In this document: positions 8,531 to 17,882 of the stretch, one piece after another | Position numbering within the stretch: the stretch's first letter is position 1 | How the letters are laid out: the number at the start of each line of letters is the position of its first letter | Source of the DNA: Bacillales bacterium UBA3789 | GTDB lineage: Bacteria > Bacillota_I > Bacilli_A > RF39 > UBA660 | Length of the DNA: 64,000 nucleotides | Assembly: GCA_002369415.1 (NCBI GenBank) | Contig: DFEZ01000002.1 | Coordinates: forward strand, 30,158 to 94,157 | Direction: 5' to 3' | Notes under the pieces: generated by a model | What the model was told of the DNA's origin: nothing | Seen by the model: only the letters and a program-made list of their open reading frames with translations | Databases searched by the model: none | Made by a program: the position numbers and the translations under genes

Positions 8531-9274
8531 TCACCTTTTATAGTATATAATTGCATCCTCATTATTAGTTGATTTATTTGTAAAATGACTCATTGATAAT
8601 ATATTTGGACGTAGAGCATTTACTACATTTAATATACTTTGAGTTGAACCCATAACTGTACTTTTTGTGAAGTTATTTTTACTAATTGAATAAATATATA
8701 ACAATTGTAGAAAACCTTCTTCTGATAAGTGTATTTTTAATTCATTAAATATTCTTCTTAACTCTTCATATGGGTCTTTATCTTTATCAATGAATAAGTC
8801 TAAATATTGTAGAGCATTTGATAATAATATTACATCATATTTATCAGCTTCATCTAAGTTTAATCTTGTAATATCTCCTACTCTATAATCTATTATATCG
8901 GGATTAGCTAATAATAATTCTTGTAGTCTTTTATAATTTTCTTCACTACTCATATATGGATTCATTTGTCTTAGATCTTTTTCACTAAATAAGTCTCCTG
9001 ATAACGGAACTTCTTTAATACCTGTTACTTTACTATATAGTTTTTTTCTTGGAGTTGTTGTAATAATATCTCTTTTTAATCTTCCAAATTTTGATACATT
9101 TTCATTTATATCATAAACAGTTACTTTTCCAGCTCCTAAAAGTATTGCATTATAGGCTTGATCTGATGATGAACCTAAAGTTAATACTTTTTTTCCTTTA
9201 AAATCTATTTCTTCAAATTCTCCTGATATATATTCTGTTGTAAAAGGATAAACTTCTTGGAATAATTTTTTCAT
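8531..9274 (-). CDS. Hypothetical 247-aa protein, possibly a Rossmann-fold methyltransferase-like (TrmK-like?) protein.
   Basis: KKVLTLGSSSDQAYNAILLGAGKVTVYDIN loosely resembles SAM-MTase motif I / TrmK (IGSDHAYLP). Sits between mutL and miaA. Assignment is weak. Confidence 0.45.
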   Translation of the reverse strand: MKKLFQEVYPFTTEYISGEFEEIDFKGKKVLTLGSSSDQAYNAILLGAGKVTVYDINENVSKFGRLKRDIITTTPRKKLYSKVTGIKEVPLSGDLFSEKDLRQMNPYMSSEENYKRLQELLLANPDIIDYRVGDITRLNLDEADKYDVILLSNALQYLDLFIDKDKDPYEELRRIFNELKIHLSEEGFLQLLYIYSISKNNFTKSTVMGSTQSILNVVNALRPNILSMSHFTNKSTNNEDAIIYYKR

Positions 9275-9299
9275 TTCCTAACCCCCTTTAATCGGCCAT

Positions 9300-9328
9300 A
9301 TTATACCATATTTGGGGTTTTTAATCAA
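9300..9328 (-). promoter_or_regulatory. Promoter with -35 TTGATT (rc of 9323-9328), 17-nt spacer and extended -10 TGGTATAAT (rc of 9300-9308). It overlaps the mutL stop and drives the 247-aa gene and miaA.
   Basis: rc reads CTTGATTAAAAACCCCAAATATGGTATAATATGGCCGATTAAAGGGGGTTAGGAAATG. Confidence 0.45.
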
Positions 9329-11090
9329 GAATACGCTTAAACATCTTCTCTAATTCATATTTAGTATATGTAATTATTGTTGGTCTTCCATGAGGACAAG
9401 TAAATGGATTTTCACAATATCTTATATTTTCTAGTATCCATTCTGTATCTTCTTTAGAAATATAGTCTCCTGCCATTACACTCATTCTACAAGCAGTAGT
9501 TGCAGCCATTCTCCAAATAAACTGATCAAAGTCTAGTTTACCTTTTTCAACCATTATATCTACTATCTTTCTAATTATTTCTTCTGCTTTATCTTCTGGT
9601 ATCCATGATGGATGGCTTCTAACTACAACTGTATTTTCACCAAATTCTTCTATATCAATACCATATTCTTTTAACATGTCTAATCTTTCTTTAGCAAGTA
9701 TAAATTCATCTTTTCTTAATTCTATTTTAATTGGTACTAATAAATCTATAATTATTGGTTTTTCTTTCATTTCTTTCATTATCTTTTCAAAGTTAATTCT
9801 TTCTGCTGCAGCATGTTGATCTATTAAATACATTCCATCTTCATTTTCTGCAATTATATAAGTTAAGAAGACTACTCCTTTTGGAATCATCTTTTTAATT
9901 CTACTAGTTTTTTCTTCTTCCATTTCAAATGGAACTTGTTCTTTAATTTCTTCTTCTATTTTCTTTTTTTCTTCTTGTACTTCAAAGTTTAATTTAATTT
10001 CTTCATATTTAGGTTCTTCTATTACTTCTTCTTTTACTGGAGTAGTTATTTTATTTTTAACTTCCTTTACTGATTCTATATCTCTTACACTTATTTCAGG
10101 AATTAAATTAATATTTTCTAATCTATCAGTAAATACATCTATTATTAAATCTTTTAGAGAATCTATTTTAGAGAACTTAATATCCATCTTAGTAGGATGT
10201 ATATTTATATCTACTAATATTGGATCTACATCAATATTTAATATTATTACTGGATATCTATCCTTATGAATATATGTGTGATAGCAATCTACTATACATT
10301 TATTTAATTCATTGTTTTTTATTACCCTTCCATTTACTAATGTAGTTATAGAGTTTCTATTACTTTTAGTTACTTCTGGATAAGATATATATCCATGAAT
10401 ATAGTAATCATCATTTTCTCCTTCTACAGGAATCATCTTTTTAGTAATATCTACTCCATATATTTCATATATTACTTTTAGAAGGTCTCCATTACCATCT
10501 GTTTTTAATAATATTTTGTCATTATTTATAAGAGTAAATTTAATATTAGGATAAGATAGAGCCATCTTATTAACATACTCTACTATATGAGCTAATTCTA
10601 CATATGGATTCTTTAAATATTTTAATCTTACTGGTGTATTATAGAATAAATCTGATACAGTTATTGATGTTCCTTTTTGAAGATCTGAACTTTCTACTTT
10701 TAAATCTTTTCCTCCATTTATTGTGACTAATGTTCCAACTTCTCCATTACTAGTTTTTAGTCTTACATTAGATACACTTGCGATAGATGGAAGTGCTTCA
10801 CCTCTAAATCCTAATGATTCTATATAGAACAAGTCATCTAAACTTCTTAATTTTGATGTAGCATGTCTTTCAAAAGCTAACTTAGCATCTTCTCTATCCA
10901 TACCTATTCCATCATCTATTACTTCTATTTGTTTAATACCTGATTCTATAAGTTTAATTGTAATTTCTGTTGATTCTGCATCAATAGAGTTCTCTACTAA
11001 TTCCTTAACAACATTCATACATTTTTCTACTACTTCTCCTGCTGCTATTTTATTTGCAAGTACTTCGTCCATTAAATGAATTTTACTCAT
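9321..11090 (-). CDS. mutL: DNA mismatch repair protein MutL.
   Basis: GHKL ATPase N-terminus MSKIHLMDEVLANKIAAGEVVEKCMNVVKELVENSIDA. C-terminal dimerisation/endonuclease region (…ACRMSVMAGD…). Start taken at MSKIH, which has a GGTGAT SD. Confidence 0.9.
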   Translation of the reverse strand: MSKIHLMDEVLANKIAAGEVVEKCMNVVKELVENSIDAESTEITIKLIESGIKQIEVIDDGIGMDREDAKLAFERHATSKLRSLDDLFYIESLGFRGEALPSIASVSNVRLKTSNGEVGTLVTINGGKDLKVESSDLQKGTSITVSDLFYNTPVRLKYLKNPYVELAHIVEYVNKMALSYPNIKFTLINNDKILLKTDGNGDLLKVIYEIYGVDITKKMIPVEGENDDYYIHGYISYPEVTKSNRNSITTLVNGRVIKNNELNKCIVDCYHTYIHKDRYPVIILNIDVDPILVDINIHPTKMDIKFSKIDSLKDLIIDVFTDRLENINLIPEISVRDIESVKEVKNKITTPVKEEVIEEPKYEEIKLNFEVQEEKKKIEEEIKEQVPFEMEEEKTSRIKKMIPKGVVFLTYIIAENEDGMYLIDQHAAAERINFEKIMKEMKEKPIIIDLLVPIKIELRKDEFILAKERLDMLKEYGIDIEEFGENTVVVRSHPSWIPEDKAEEIIRKIVDIMVEKGKLDFDQFIWRMAATTACRMSVMAGDYISKEDTEWILENIRYCENPFTCPHGRPTIITYTKYELEKMFKRILD

Positions 11091-11111
11091 ATTAATCACC
11101 AAACTTATTAT

Positions 11112-11144
11112 AACAAAAAAAAGAGTCTTATAGTAGACTCTTTC
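11112..11144 (-). terminator. Rho-independent terminator after pilin paralog 1. It is a near-identical copy of the terminator at 12313-12346.
   Basis: AAGAGTCTA-CTAT-AAGACTCTT followed by T8 in the minus-strand sense. Confidence 0.55.
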
Positions 11145-12293
11145 TTATTCCTCAACATATTGTTTTGCTACCATATAAAAGATTATATTGGCTATTATTT
11201 GTTGTTCTTGTTCTGTTGCTTTTCCATTAGAATGTCCCGTTTGAATAAAGGCATTATTTCCGTACGTAGATAAATATATTTTGTTGGCTGGTATGTCAGA
11301 TTCCATATTTGGACCTGAAAATGTTATCCAAACATCTCCATTAGCAACTTGTCCATATACATGACTTGTAGGAATCCTAAGTTCTTCTCCTTCTTTTTCA
11401 ATATCATATGGGTATTTTGTAAATACTCCACTCTTTTGAATTTTTACTTTATCAGATGATTTATAGTTTCTTACTCCACTATTTAATGTTAAATTTACAA
11501 ATCCAGCTAAAGTATTAAAATTAACATGACTTCCACATCCATTTGCAGTAATTGTATCATGTCCAAATATTGCTGCTCCACCATTCATTAAATATTTACT
11601 CATTTCTTCTGCTGCTTTTGCAGATAAATCTTTACTTGCATAACAGTCCCAAAATCCAAATACTATTTCATCATAATTCCAATTTCCAGATGTTCCAATA
11701 TAAGATTCTGGATTAGCATTAAAGTCTGATAATGCTACTGGTGTAACTTTGATTATTCCCTTTCCGTATGTATCCATCCAAGTTTTTAAATTGTTTCCTG
11801 CTTCTTTTGGATAAACATTTAATACTTTAATCTCTTTTAGTTTATCTTTTATTTCTTCTATATCATATGGTTGTGCTTTACAATACTTATCTATATGTTT
11901 TTCTTTTGAAGGAAATTCATATGTATAGTTATAATTTGTACAACATACTGCGACTGTATAATTATTTTCATCTAATTCAACATCGTTAGATCCTTTAGTT
12001 GTTGTAACATTTACTTTACCTGTACACTCTTCTCCTCTTGATCCTGGATCTTGTAGGGATGATAAAAATCCACTACTAAATAATGTTTCAAAGTCTATTT
12101 CTGTTACGGCAGGATGTTCCATTATATATTCTTCTGCTGCTTGTGATGCAGACTTTGCCATTGTATCATAACCATCTTTTTTAGCTTTCTCTTGATACAC
12201 TGAATATGCTTGTAATCCAAGACCAAATAATATTCCAAGAATTGCTATTACGGCTAATAATTCTACTAAAGAAAATCCTTTATTATTTTTCAT
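11145..12293 (-). CDS. Large (382 aa) type IV pilin-like protein with a class III (prepilin peptidase) signal. Paralog 1.
   Basis: MKNNKG^FSLVELLAVIAILGILFGLG has Gly at -1, Phe at +1 and Glu at +5. Shares ~100 N-terminal residues and a CCTNYNYTY(E/S)FPS motif with the adjacent paralog; the C-terminal half differs. Confidence 0.7.
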   Translation of the reverse strand: MKNNKGFSLVELLAVIAILGILFGLGLQAYSVYQEKAKKDGYDTMAKSASQAAEEYIMEHPAVTEIDFETLFSSGFLSSLQDPGSRGEECTGKVNVTTTKGSNDVELDENNYTVAVCCTNYNYTYEFPSKEKHIDKYCKAQPYDIEEIKDKLKEIKVLNVYPKEAGNNLKTWMDTYGKGIIKVTPVALSDFNANPESYIGTSGNWNYDEIVFGFWDCYASKDLSAKAAEEMSKYLMNGGAAIFGHDTITANGCGSHVNFNTLAGFVNLTLNSGVRNYKSSDKVKIQKSGVFTKYPYDIEKEGEELRIPTSHVYGQVANGDVWITFSGPNMESDIPANKIYLSTYGNNAFIQTGHSNGKATEQEQQIIANIIFYMVAKQYVEE

Positions 12294-12312
12294 ATAATCA
12301 CCAAAACTATTA

Positions 12313-12346
12313 TATCAAAAAAAAGAGTCTTGTTGTAGACTCTTTA
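12313..12346 (-). terminator. Rho-independent terminator after pilin paralog 2, duplicated together with the gene.
   Basis: AAGAGTCT-TGTTGT-AGACTCTT followed by T8 in the minus-strand sense. The distal arm overlaps the stop codon. Confidence 0.55.
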
Positions 12347-13381
12347 ATGAACTGCTCCACTATATGTTTCTGTCATTTGAATGCATGTTCTTTGACATCC
12401 ATCTTCGGCATTTGGAGTTCCAGCATCTGATTTTCTAACTACTCTGTTTTCAAAGTTACCACCATCATGGAACCATGAACCATCTGGTCTAAAATCTGTA
12501 TATGCTGTTGATTTTCCTCTATAAAATTTATATCCATGGAAACTAATTTCAGTTGCTCCATTTTTAAATTGACCTTGCCAACAAACGTGATCTACGTATG
12601 AATTGAAATATGATGGATCATCTGATTCACATGCTGCATGACCATCACTATTTTCTAGGTACTTTATTCTCATAGTATGATGATCTGTTGATACAACTGA
12701 TGATGAACAGAATTTATTTGATGTCTTACTATATGTACAAGCACATACTGCATGGTTATACTTATATCTTCTACATGGAAGATTTGGGTCTCCTCCAGGA
12801 GTATTTGCATCATAGCATCCTCCATATCTACCATTTGAACCTTTAGTACATATTTTATCAATATAGTCCATTGTATATATTCCTTTTTTAACAGTCTTTG
12901 TGTTACCTTCAGCACAGTTTGCACTATTAGTCTCAATTAAATTATCTACATTTGCTTCTGCTTGACATCCATTTTTATTTTGTAATTTATTTCCTGATGG
13001 GAATGAATATGTATAATTATAATTTGTACAACATATTGATACAACATATTCATTTTGATCTAATTCTCTAGCTGCAGTTCCTTCTATTGTACTTACTGTA
13101 ACTGTTCCAGTACAATTATTTCCTTTATCACCAGGGTCTGCTATTGATGATAAGTATCCAGAATTATATAAAGTATCAAAATTCATACTTGATGCTGCTG
13201 GATGATCCATCTTATATTCTTCCATTGCTTCTGTTGCAGATTTTGCCATTGTATCATAGCCTTGTTTTTTTGCTTTTTCTTTATATGTTGAATAAGCCTG
13301 AATACCCAATCCAAATAATATTCCTAATATTGCTATTACGGCAAGTAATTCAACTAATGAAAATCCTTTGTTATTTTTCAT
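12344..13381 (-). CDS. Large (345 aa) type IV pilin-like protein, paralog 2, with a Cys-rich (~20 Cys) divergent C-terminal domain.
   Basis: Same class III signal as paralog 1 (MKNNKGFSLVELLAVIAILGILFGLGIQAYSTYKEKAKKQGYDTMAKSA). The conserved ~300 nt of 5' coding sequence and the RBS (GGTGATTATATG) are near-identical at the DNA level to paralog 1. Confidence 0.7.
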   Translation of the reverse strand: MKNNKGFSLVELLAVIAILGILFGLGIQAYSTYKEKAKKQGYDTMAKSATEAMEEYKMDHPAASSMNFDTLYNSGYLSSIADPGDKGNNCTGTVTVSTIEGTAARELDQNEYVVSICCTNYNYTYSFPSGNKLQNKNGCQAEANVDNLIETNSANCAEGNTKTVKKGIYTMDYIDKICTKGSNGRYGGCYDANTPGGDPNLPCRRYKYNHAVCACTYSKTSNKFCSSSVVSTDHHTMRIKYLENSDGHAACESDDPSYFNSYVDHVCWQGQFKNGATEISFHGYKFYRGKSTAYTDFRPDGSWFHDGGNFENRVVRKSDAGTPNAEDGCQRTCIQMTETYSGAVH

Positions 13382-13427
13382 ATAATCACCTATTAATATT
13401 TTACTATAAATAAAAAAAGAAAGAAAG

Positions 13428-15188
13428 TTAAACTTCTTTCAAATATTCAAATAACTTTACAGAAACATCTTTTCCAACAATATTAGACAAATCTTCTTGT
13501 GATGCTTCTTTCATTTTCTTTAATGAACCAAATTTTTTCATTAGTTCTTTCTTTCTCTTTTCACCAATTCCTGGAACTACATCTAATACACTAGAAAGAG
13601 CTCCTTTAGATTTAATATTTCTATGATATGTAATTGCATATCTATGTACTTCTTCTTGAATTCTTGTTAAGAATAAGAATAATTTAGAGTCTTTATCTAC
13701 ATCTAATATTTCATATTTACTATTCATAATATGATTAGTTCTATGACTTTTATCTTTTACTAAGCCGATTACTGGAATATCTAAATTCAATGAATTTAAT
13801 ATTTCATTAGCAACTTTTATTTGTAACTCTCCACCATCCATTACAATTAAATCTGGTTTATATGTTTCATTCATTAGTACTTTAAAATATCTTCTATAAA
13901 GCACTTCTTTCATTGCTCCTAAATCATCTTTAACTTCTGTAGAGATTTTATATTTTCTATATAAATCTTTATTAGGTAGAAAATCATCAAATACAACCAT
14001 TCCTCCTACATAGAATGTTCCAAATAAATGTGAGTTATCAAATGATTCTATTCTATGAAGATCTTTAATACCTAATAGTTCAGATAATTCTTCTACTGCT
14101 TTTAATCTTTCATCGTCATTTCTTTTTAAAGTTTCTTTTTCTAAATCCATTTTTTCTTTAGCATTTTCTTTTGCTAAATCAACTAGTTTTTTTATCTTAC
14201 CTTTTGTAGGTTGAGATACTTTTATATTAAAGTAACTTTCTAATAATTCTTTATTTAATTCCATTGGAATAACTAATTCATTAGGAAGAATACCTTTATC
14301 ATAAAATTTAATTAAATACTCTGTTATTTCATTATCAAAGTCACCCATTGAAGAGATTATTTCATTATGTCTTCCAAATAATAGACCTTGTCTAATAAAG
14401 AATAATTCTATTCCTAAATAATTATTATCATAATAGAAATTAACTAAGTCAAAGTTATAATTATTATTTAAATCAATCTTTTGTTTTTTCAATGTAGTAT
14501 TAATATCATTTAACATTTCTTTTAACTCAAGTGCTTTTTCAAAATTAAGTGCTTCACTTGCTGCATTCATTTCTTCTTTTATCTTTTCAGATATAATTGA
14601 TGAATCTCCTTTTAAGAATGTTATTATTTCTTTTTTCATATTATCTATTGTTTCTTTAGGAATATCTTTTTTACAATAACCTAAACATTCATTAATATGA
14701 TAATACAAACATAAATCTTTTTTTAATTTATCACATTTTCTTAATGGATATATTCTATTAACAACATTAACTGTTTTTCTTGCTGCTGCTACATTTGGAT
14801 AAGGTCCATATAAATGATTTTTAATCTTTTTTCTATGAACATTTCTTACTATTTTTAATGTTGGATATTTATCATTAGTTAACTCTATATAAGGATATGA
14901 TTTATCATCTCTAAGTAATATATTATACTTAGGATCATATTTTTTTATTAAAGTGATTTCTAAGATTAGACTTTCTAGTTCAGATGATGTAACTATATAG
15001 TCAAAATCATCTATATCATCTACTAATAATTTAGTTTTACCAGTTACAGTTCTTGTAAAATAACTTCTTAATCTCTTTTGAAGATTCTTTGCTTTACCAA
15101 CATAGATAATTACTCCGTCTTTATTTTTCATTTGATAACTACCAGGTTTTGTTGGTACTAAAGATAGTTTTTCTTTAAAGTCTTTCAT
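13428..15188 (-). CDS. uvrC: Excinuclease ABC subunit C.
   Basis: GIY-YIG N-terminus (PGSYQMKNKDGVIIYVGKAKNLQKRLRSY). UvrC C-terminal HhH (…PGIGEKRKKELMKKFGS…). 586 aa. Confidence 0.9.
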   Translation of the reverse strand: MKDFKEKLSLVPTKPGSYQMKNKDGVIIYVGKAKNLQKRLRSYFTRTVTGKTKLLVDDIDDFDYIVTSSELESLILEITLIKKYDPKYNILLRDDKSYPYIELTNDKYPTLKIVRNVHRKKIKNHLYGPYPNVAAARKTVNVVNRIYPLRKCDKLKKDLCLYYHINECLGYCKKDIPKETIDNMKKEIITFLKGDSSIISEKIKEEMNAASEALNFEKALELKEMLNDINTTLKKQKIDLNNNYNFDLVNFYYDNNYLGIELFFIRQGLLFGRHNEIISSMGDFDNEITEYLIKFYDKGILPNELVIPMELNKELLESYFNIKVSQPTKGKIKKLVDLAKENAKEKMDLEKETLKRNDDERLKAVEELSELLGIKDLHRIESFDNSHLFGTFYVGGMVVFDDFLPNKDLYRKYKISTEVKDDLGAMKEVLYRRYFKVLMNETYKPDLIVMDGGELQIKVANEILNSLNLDIPVIGLVKDKSHRTNHIMNSKYEILDVDKDSKLFLFLTRIQEEVHRYAITYHRNIKSKGALSSVLDVVPGIGEKRKKELMKKFGSLKKMKEASQEDLSNIVGKDVSVKLFEYLKEV

Positions 15189-15204
15189 ATTATCACTTCC
15201 TTAT

Positions 15205-15236
15205 ATAAAAAACTACTCGATTGAGTAGTTTTATTA
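15205..15236 (-). terminator. Rho-independent terminator downstream of the 740-aa gene.
   Basis: AAAACTACTC-AATC-GAGTAGTTTT followed by a T-run (minus-strand sense). Confidence 0.5.
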
Positions 15237-17459
15237 TTATCTACTATGTGAGATATTGTCAATATTTTCTTTTGTAATTGCTACTCTATATTTATTAAGT
15301 TCATCTATTAAGATATCTCTTCTTACATATAGACCTTTAGTTAATTCTATACCTTTGAACACTCCTCTATTTCCAGTATATTGTTGTTCTAATTCTTCAT
15401 AACTATCGAAAGATGTGTCTTTATATTCTTTACCGTAACGTAGAGCTCCTTCACTTCTACAAGTTGCCATTATATTATTAATAACATCATAGAAGTTTAA
15501 GTATTCACCTTCATCATTAACGAATGCGAAGTTAGAATCTTCTCCATATTGTTCTTCAATACCATGAGCTAAGATTCCTACATATTCACTTAAGTTAACG
15601 TAGTATCCACTTTCTATATTACTTTCACTATTTTCAATTACTTTTTTACCTGCTAGATTAATATCTTCATGTTCATATCCGTAAATATTAATTCTACCAG
15701 TTCTTGGTTCTCTAATAACAGCTAAACCATTCATTTGATTAATTAAATCAGTATTAATATATGTAATCTTAATTCCTGACATATAATTTGATTTATCATC
15801 TAAATATGACATTTCATCTAGATCTATATCATCATCATTATCTGGTCCATTAGGATTATCTGGATTATTTGGACCGCCTGGATTTCCACCACCTAAATTA
15901 TTAAAGTTGAAATCTCTATTATTATCTTTGTCATCATCATTTTGATTATTATCATCAGTGTTGTTATCAACTGGATTATTATCATTAGTTGTATCAAATG
16001 GTTTATCATTATTATTTATATTCATTTGTTCTAGATTTAATTCAATTACTCTTGCCATAGTTTGTGCAAAGTAATCAACTATTCTTTCGTCTTGTTCATC
16101 TAATAATAATCTAATATCTTCTTCAGATAGGAATGGATTTACTCCTTCGAATCTAGGAATTGAAATGGTATCTCCATTTCTTAATTTGACTGCTAATAAA
16201 CGATAGTACTCTTCAAGAGTAATTCCTCTTTCATTAATATATCTCATTAGTAATCTAATATATGCTTCACGAACAGCATTTTCTAACTCTTCGTCTTCTT
16301 TTTCAGGTTTCTTTTCTTCCATTTGTTCTAGATTTAATTCAATTACTCTAGTCATGGCATTTGCGAAATATTCAACGATTCTATCTTCATCAGAATCAAG
16401 TAATCTATTAATATCATCTTGTGTTAGGAATGGATTCTTTCTTTCGAATTCAGGTACTCTTGATAAGTCTCCACTTAGTAAGCTTTCTCCTAACATTGTA
16501 AAATAATCATTTAATGTCATACCATTATCTTTAATATATTCCATTAAAGCATTAACATAAGATTGTCTTGCTGATAAGTTTTCTTCTTCAACTAAGTTAT
16601 CTTGTTCTTCTTGCTTTCTAATCTTTTCTTTTAAATGGTTTAGATATTCTAATACATCTTCTCTTGTTAATGAGTCAGTGAAGTCATCTTCTCCTCTAGC
16701 TAATAAATAAACGAAATCTCTTGGTTCTACCTCTGATATAATTTGATCTATGGCAGCTTCTGTTATTTCAGCTGGTAAGAATATATAACATCTTGATCCT
16801 TCTAACATTAATGTAGTTAAACCATTATCTGCAGCTTCAACTGATCTTTGTACTGGCCCAACATCAGTAACTATATTAACTCCAAAAGAGTCTTGTGCAA
16901 CAAAGTGAATTCTATCTGAATGGTGATTAGTAGTTCCATCAAAGATATCTTCTACTTTTACACCATCTTGGTCGATCATGACAATTCCTCTATTGAATCT
17001 ATAAACAACTCCATCTAATGAGAATAACCAGCCGATTCTATCACTTCTATTTTGATCATCTTGAGCATTAATTTCATCTAAGGTTACTGGAGCAACCCTT
17101 GCTGGTCCAGCTGATAAATATTCAGGGGAGTTAATTTCATATGTATATACTGGTCCATCTGGTGTTTGATCAACTTTAACTAGTTTTGGTCCATCAATAT
17201 TAACTTTCTCAACAGTTGCAGGTCCTTCTTTTTCTTCTGGTGCTGCAGCTTCTAATACACTTTTCTTGTAATCAATTTGTTCTGATTGATATTTTTTAAG
17301 ATCTTCAAGTGTATTAAATACTGGAGTTTTATGGAATAATACTTTATCAGTATCATCTATTTCTACAGCAGTAAAATATCCTGATTTCATCATATTTTCT
17401 TTTAATTCTTTAGAATCCTCATATATTTCATCATAGTTTTCAAAATCGTTATATGGCAT
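15237..17459 (-). CDS. Large (740 aa) soluble protein of unknown function.
- It has an internal tandem duplication of a ~90-aa module.
- It also has an N/D/P/G-rich low-complexity segment.
   Basis: Repeat A: ...YVNALMEYIKDNGMTLNDYFTMLGESLLSGDLSRVPEFERKNPFLTQDDINRLLDSDEDRIVEYFANAMTRVIELNLEQM. Repeat B: ...YIRLLMRYINERGITLEEYYRLLAVKLRNGDTISIPRFEGVNPFLSEEDIRLLLDEQDERIVDYFAQTMARVIELNLEQM. The DNA repeat has a ~300-bp period (about 16022 and 16322). Low-complexity stretch DNNPVDNNTDDNNQNDDDKDNNRDFNFNNLGGGNPGGPNNPDNPNGPDNDDD. Confidence 0.6.
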   Translation of the reverse strand: MPYNDFENYDEIYEDSKELKENMMKSGYFTAVEIDDTDKVLFHKTPVFNTLEDLKKYQSEQIDYKKSVLEAAAPEEKEGPATVEKVNIDGPKLVKVDQTPDGPVYTYEINSPEYLSAGPARVAPVTLDEINAQDDQNRSDRIGWLFSLDGVVYRFNRGIVMIDQDGVKVEDIFDGTTNHHSDRIHFVAQDSFGVNIVTDVGPVQRSVEAADNGLTTLMLEGSRCYIFLPAEITEAAIDQIISEVEPRDFVYLLARGEDDFTDSLTREDVLEYLNHLKEKIRKQEEQDNLVEEENLSARQSYVNALMEYIKDNGMTLNDYFTMLGESLLSGDLSRVPEFERKNPFLTQDDINRLLDSDEDRIVEYFANAMTRVIELNLEQMEEKKPEKEDEELENAVREAYIRLLMRYINERGITLEEYYRLLAVKLRNGDTISIPRFEGVNPFLSEEDIRLLLDEQDERIVDYFAQTMARVIELNLEQMNINNNDKPFDTTNDNNPVDNNTDDNNQNDDDKDNNRDFNFNNLGGGNPGGPNNPDNPNGPDNDDDIDLDEMSYLDDKSNYMSGIKITYINTDLINQMNGLAVIREPRTGRINIYGYEHEDINLAGKKVIENSESNIESGYYVNLSEYVGILAHGIEEQYGEDSNFAFVNDEGEYLNFYDVINNIMATCRSEGALRYGKEYKDTSFDSYEELEQQYTGNRGVFKGIELTKGLYVRRDILIDELNKYRVAITKENIDNISHSR

Positions 17460-17493
17460 GAATATTTCACCCTTTCATAATATCCTATTTTAA

Positions 17494-17530
17494 GTATACC
17501 ATTTTATTTCTTTTTTTTGATTAATTTAGA
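17494..17530 (-). promoter_or_regulatory. Putative proximal promoter (extended -10 TGGTATACT) for the 740-aa gene.
   Basis: rc reads AAATGGTATACTTAAAATAGGATATTATGAAAGGGTGAAATATTCATG. A second extended -10 (TGTGGTATAAT, rc of 17577-17587) lies further upstream. Confidence 0.35.
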
Positions 17531-17604
17531 GTTTTATTTGTGTAAAATATACACAAATATTGTCTCGCTGTCGCATATTATACCACAAAAGCTTATTTTT
17601 ATCA

Positions 17605-17636
17605 ATGAAAAAGAGAAATACTATTGGTATTTCTCC
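17605..17636 (-). terminator. Rho-independent terminator of yneF.
   Basis: GAGAAATAC-CAATAG-TATTTCTC plus a T-run (minus-strand sense). Overlaps the yneF stop. Confidence 0.5.
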
Positions 17637-17830
17637 ATTGCTTTCATCATTTGATTAATTTGTTTTTGATTTGGTTTTCTTCCCATTTGCATCATTAATG
17701 CTCTAATCATATCCTCATTAATTGGAGGATTTTTCTTTAAATACTTTTTCATGAATGCTCTTGCTCCAAAGAAACCAATTGCTGCTCCAATTAGTAATCC
17801 AATTACTAATATTAGGATGTCATGTAACAT
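17621..17830 (-). CDS. yneF: UPF0154 family small membrane protein (YneF-like).
   Basis: [65 protein letters not shown] closely matches Bacillus YneF. Confidence 0.8.
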   Translation of the reverse strand: MLHDILILVIGLLIGAAIGFFGARAFMKKYLKKNPPINEDMIRALMMQMGRKPNQKQINQMMKAMEKYQ

Positions 17831-17882
17831 ATAATCATCTCCCTGTGTATTTATTTTACATAAATATTAATATTTTAACAAG

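Noticed and set aside
16000-16620. Possible CRISPR or minisatellite because of DNA direct repeats.
   Set aside because: There are only two imperfect ~260-bp copies and they lie in-frame inside a coding region. This is a protein-level domain duplication, not a repeat-spacer array. No CRISPR-like short regular repeats were seen anywhere in the window.
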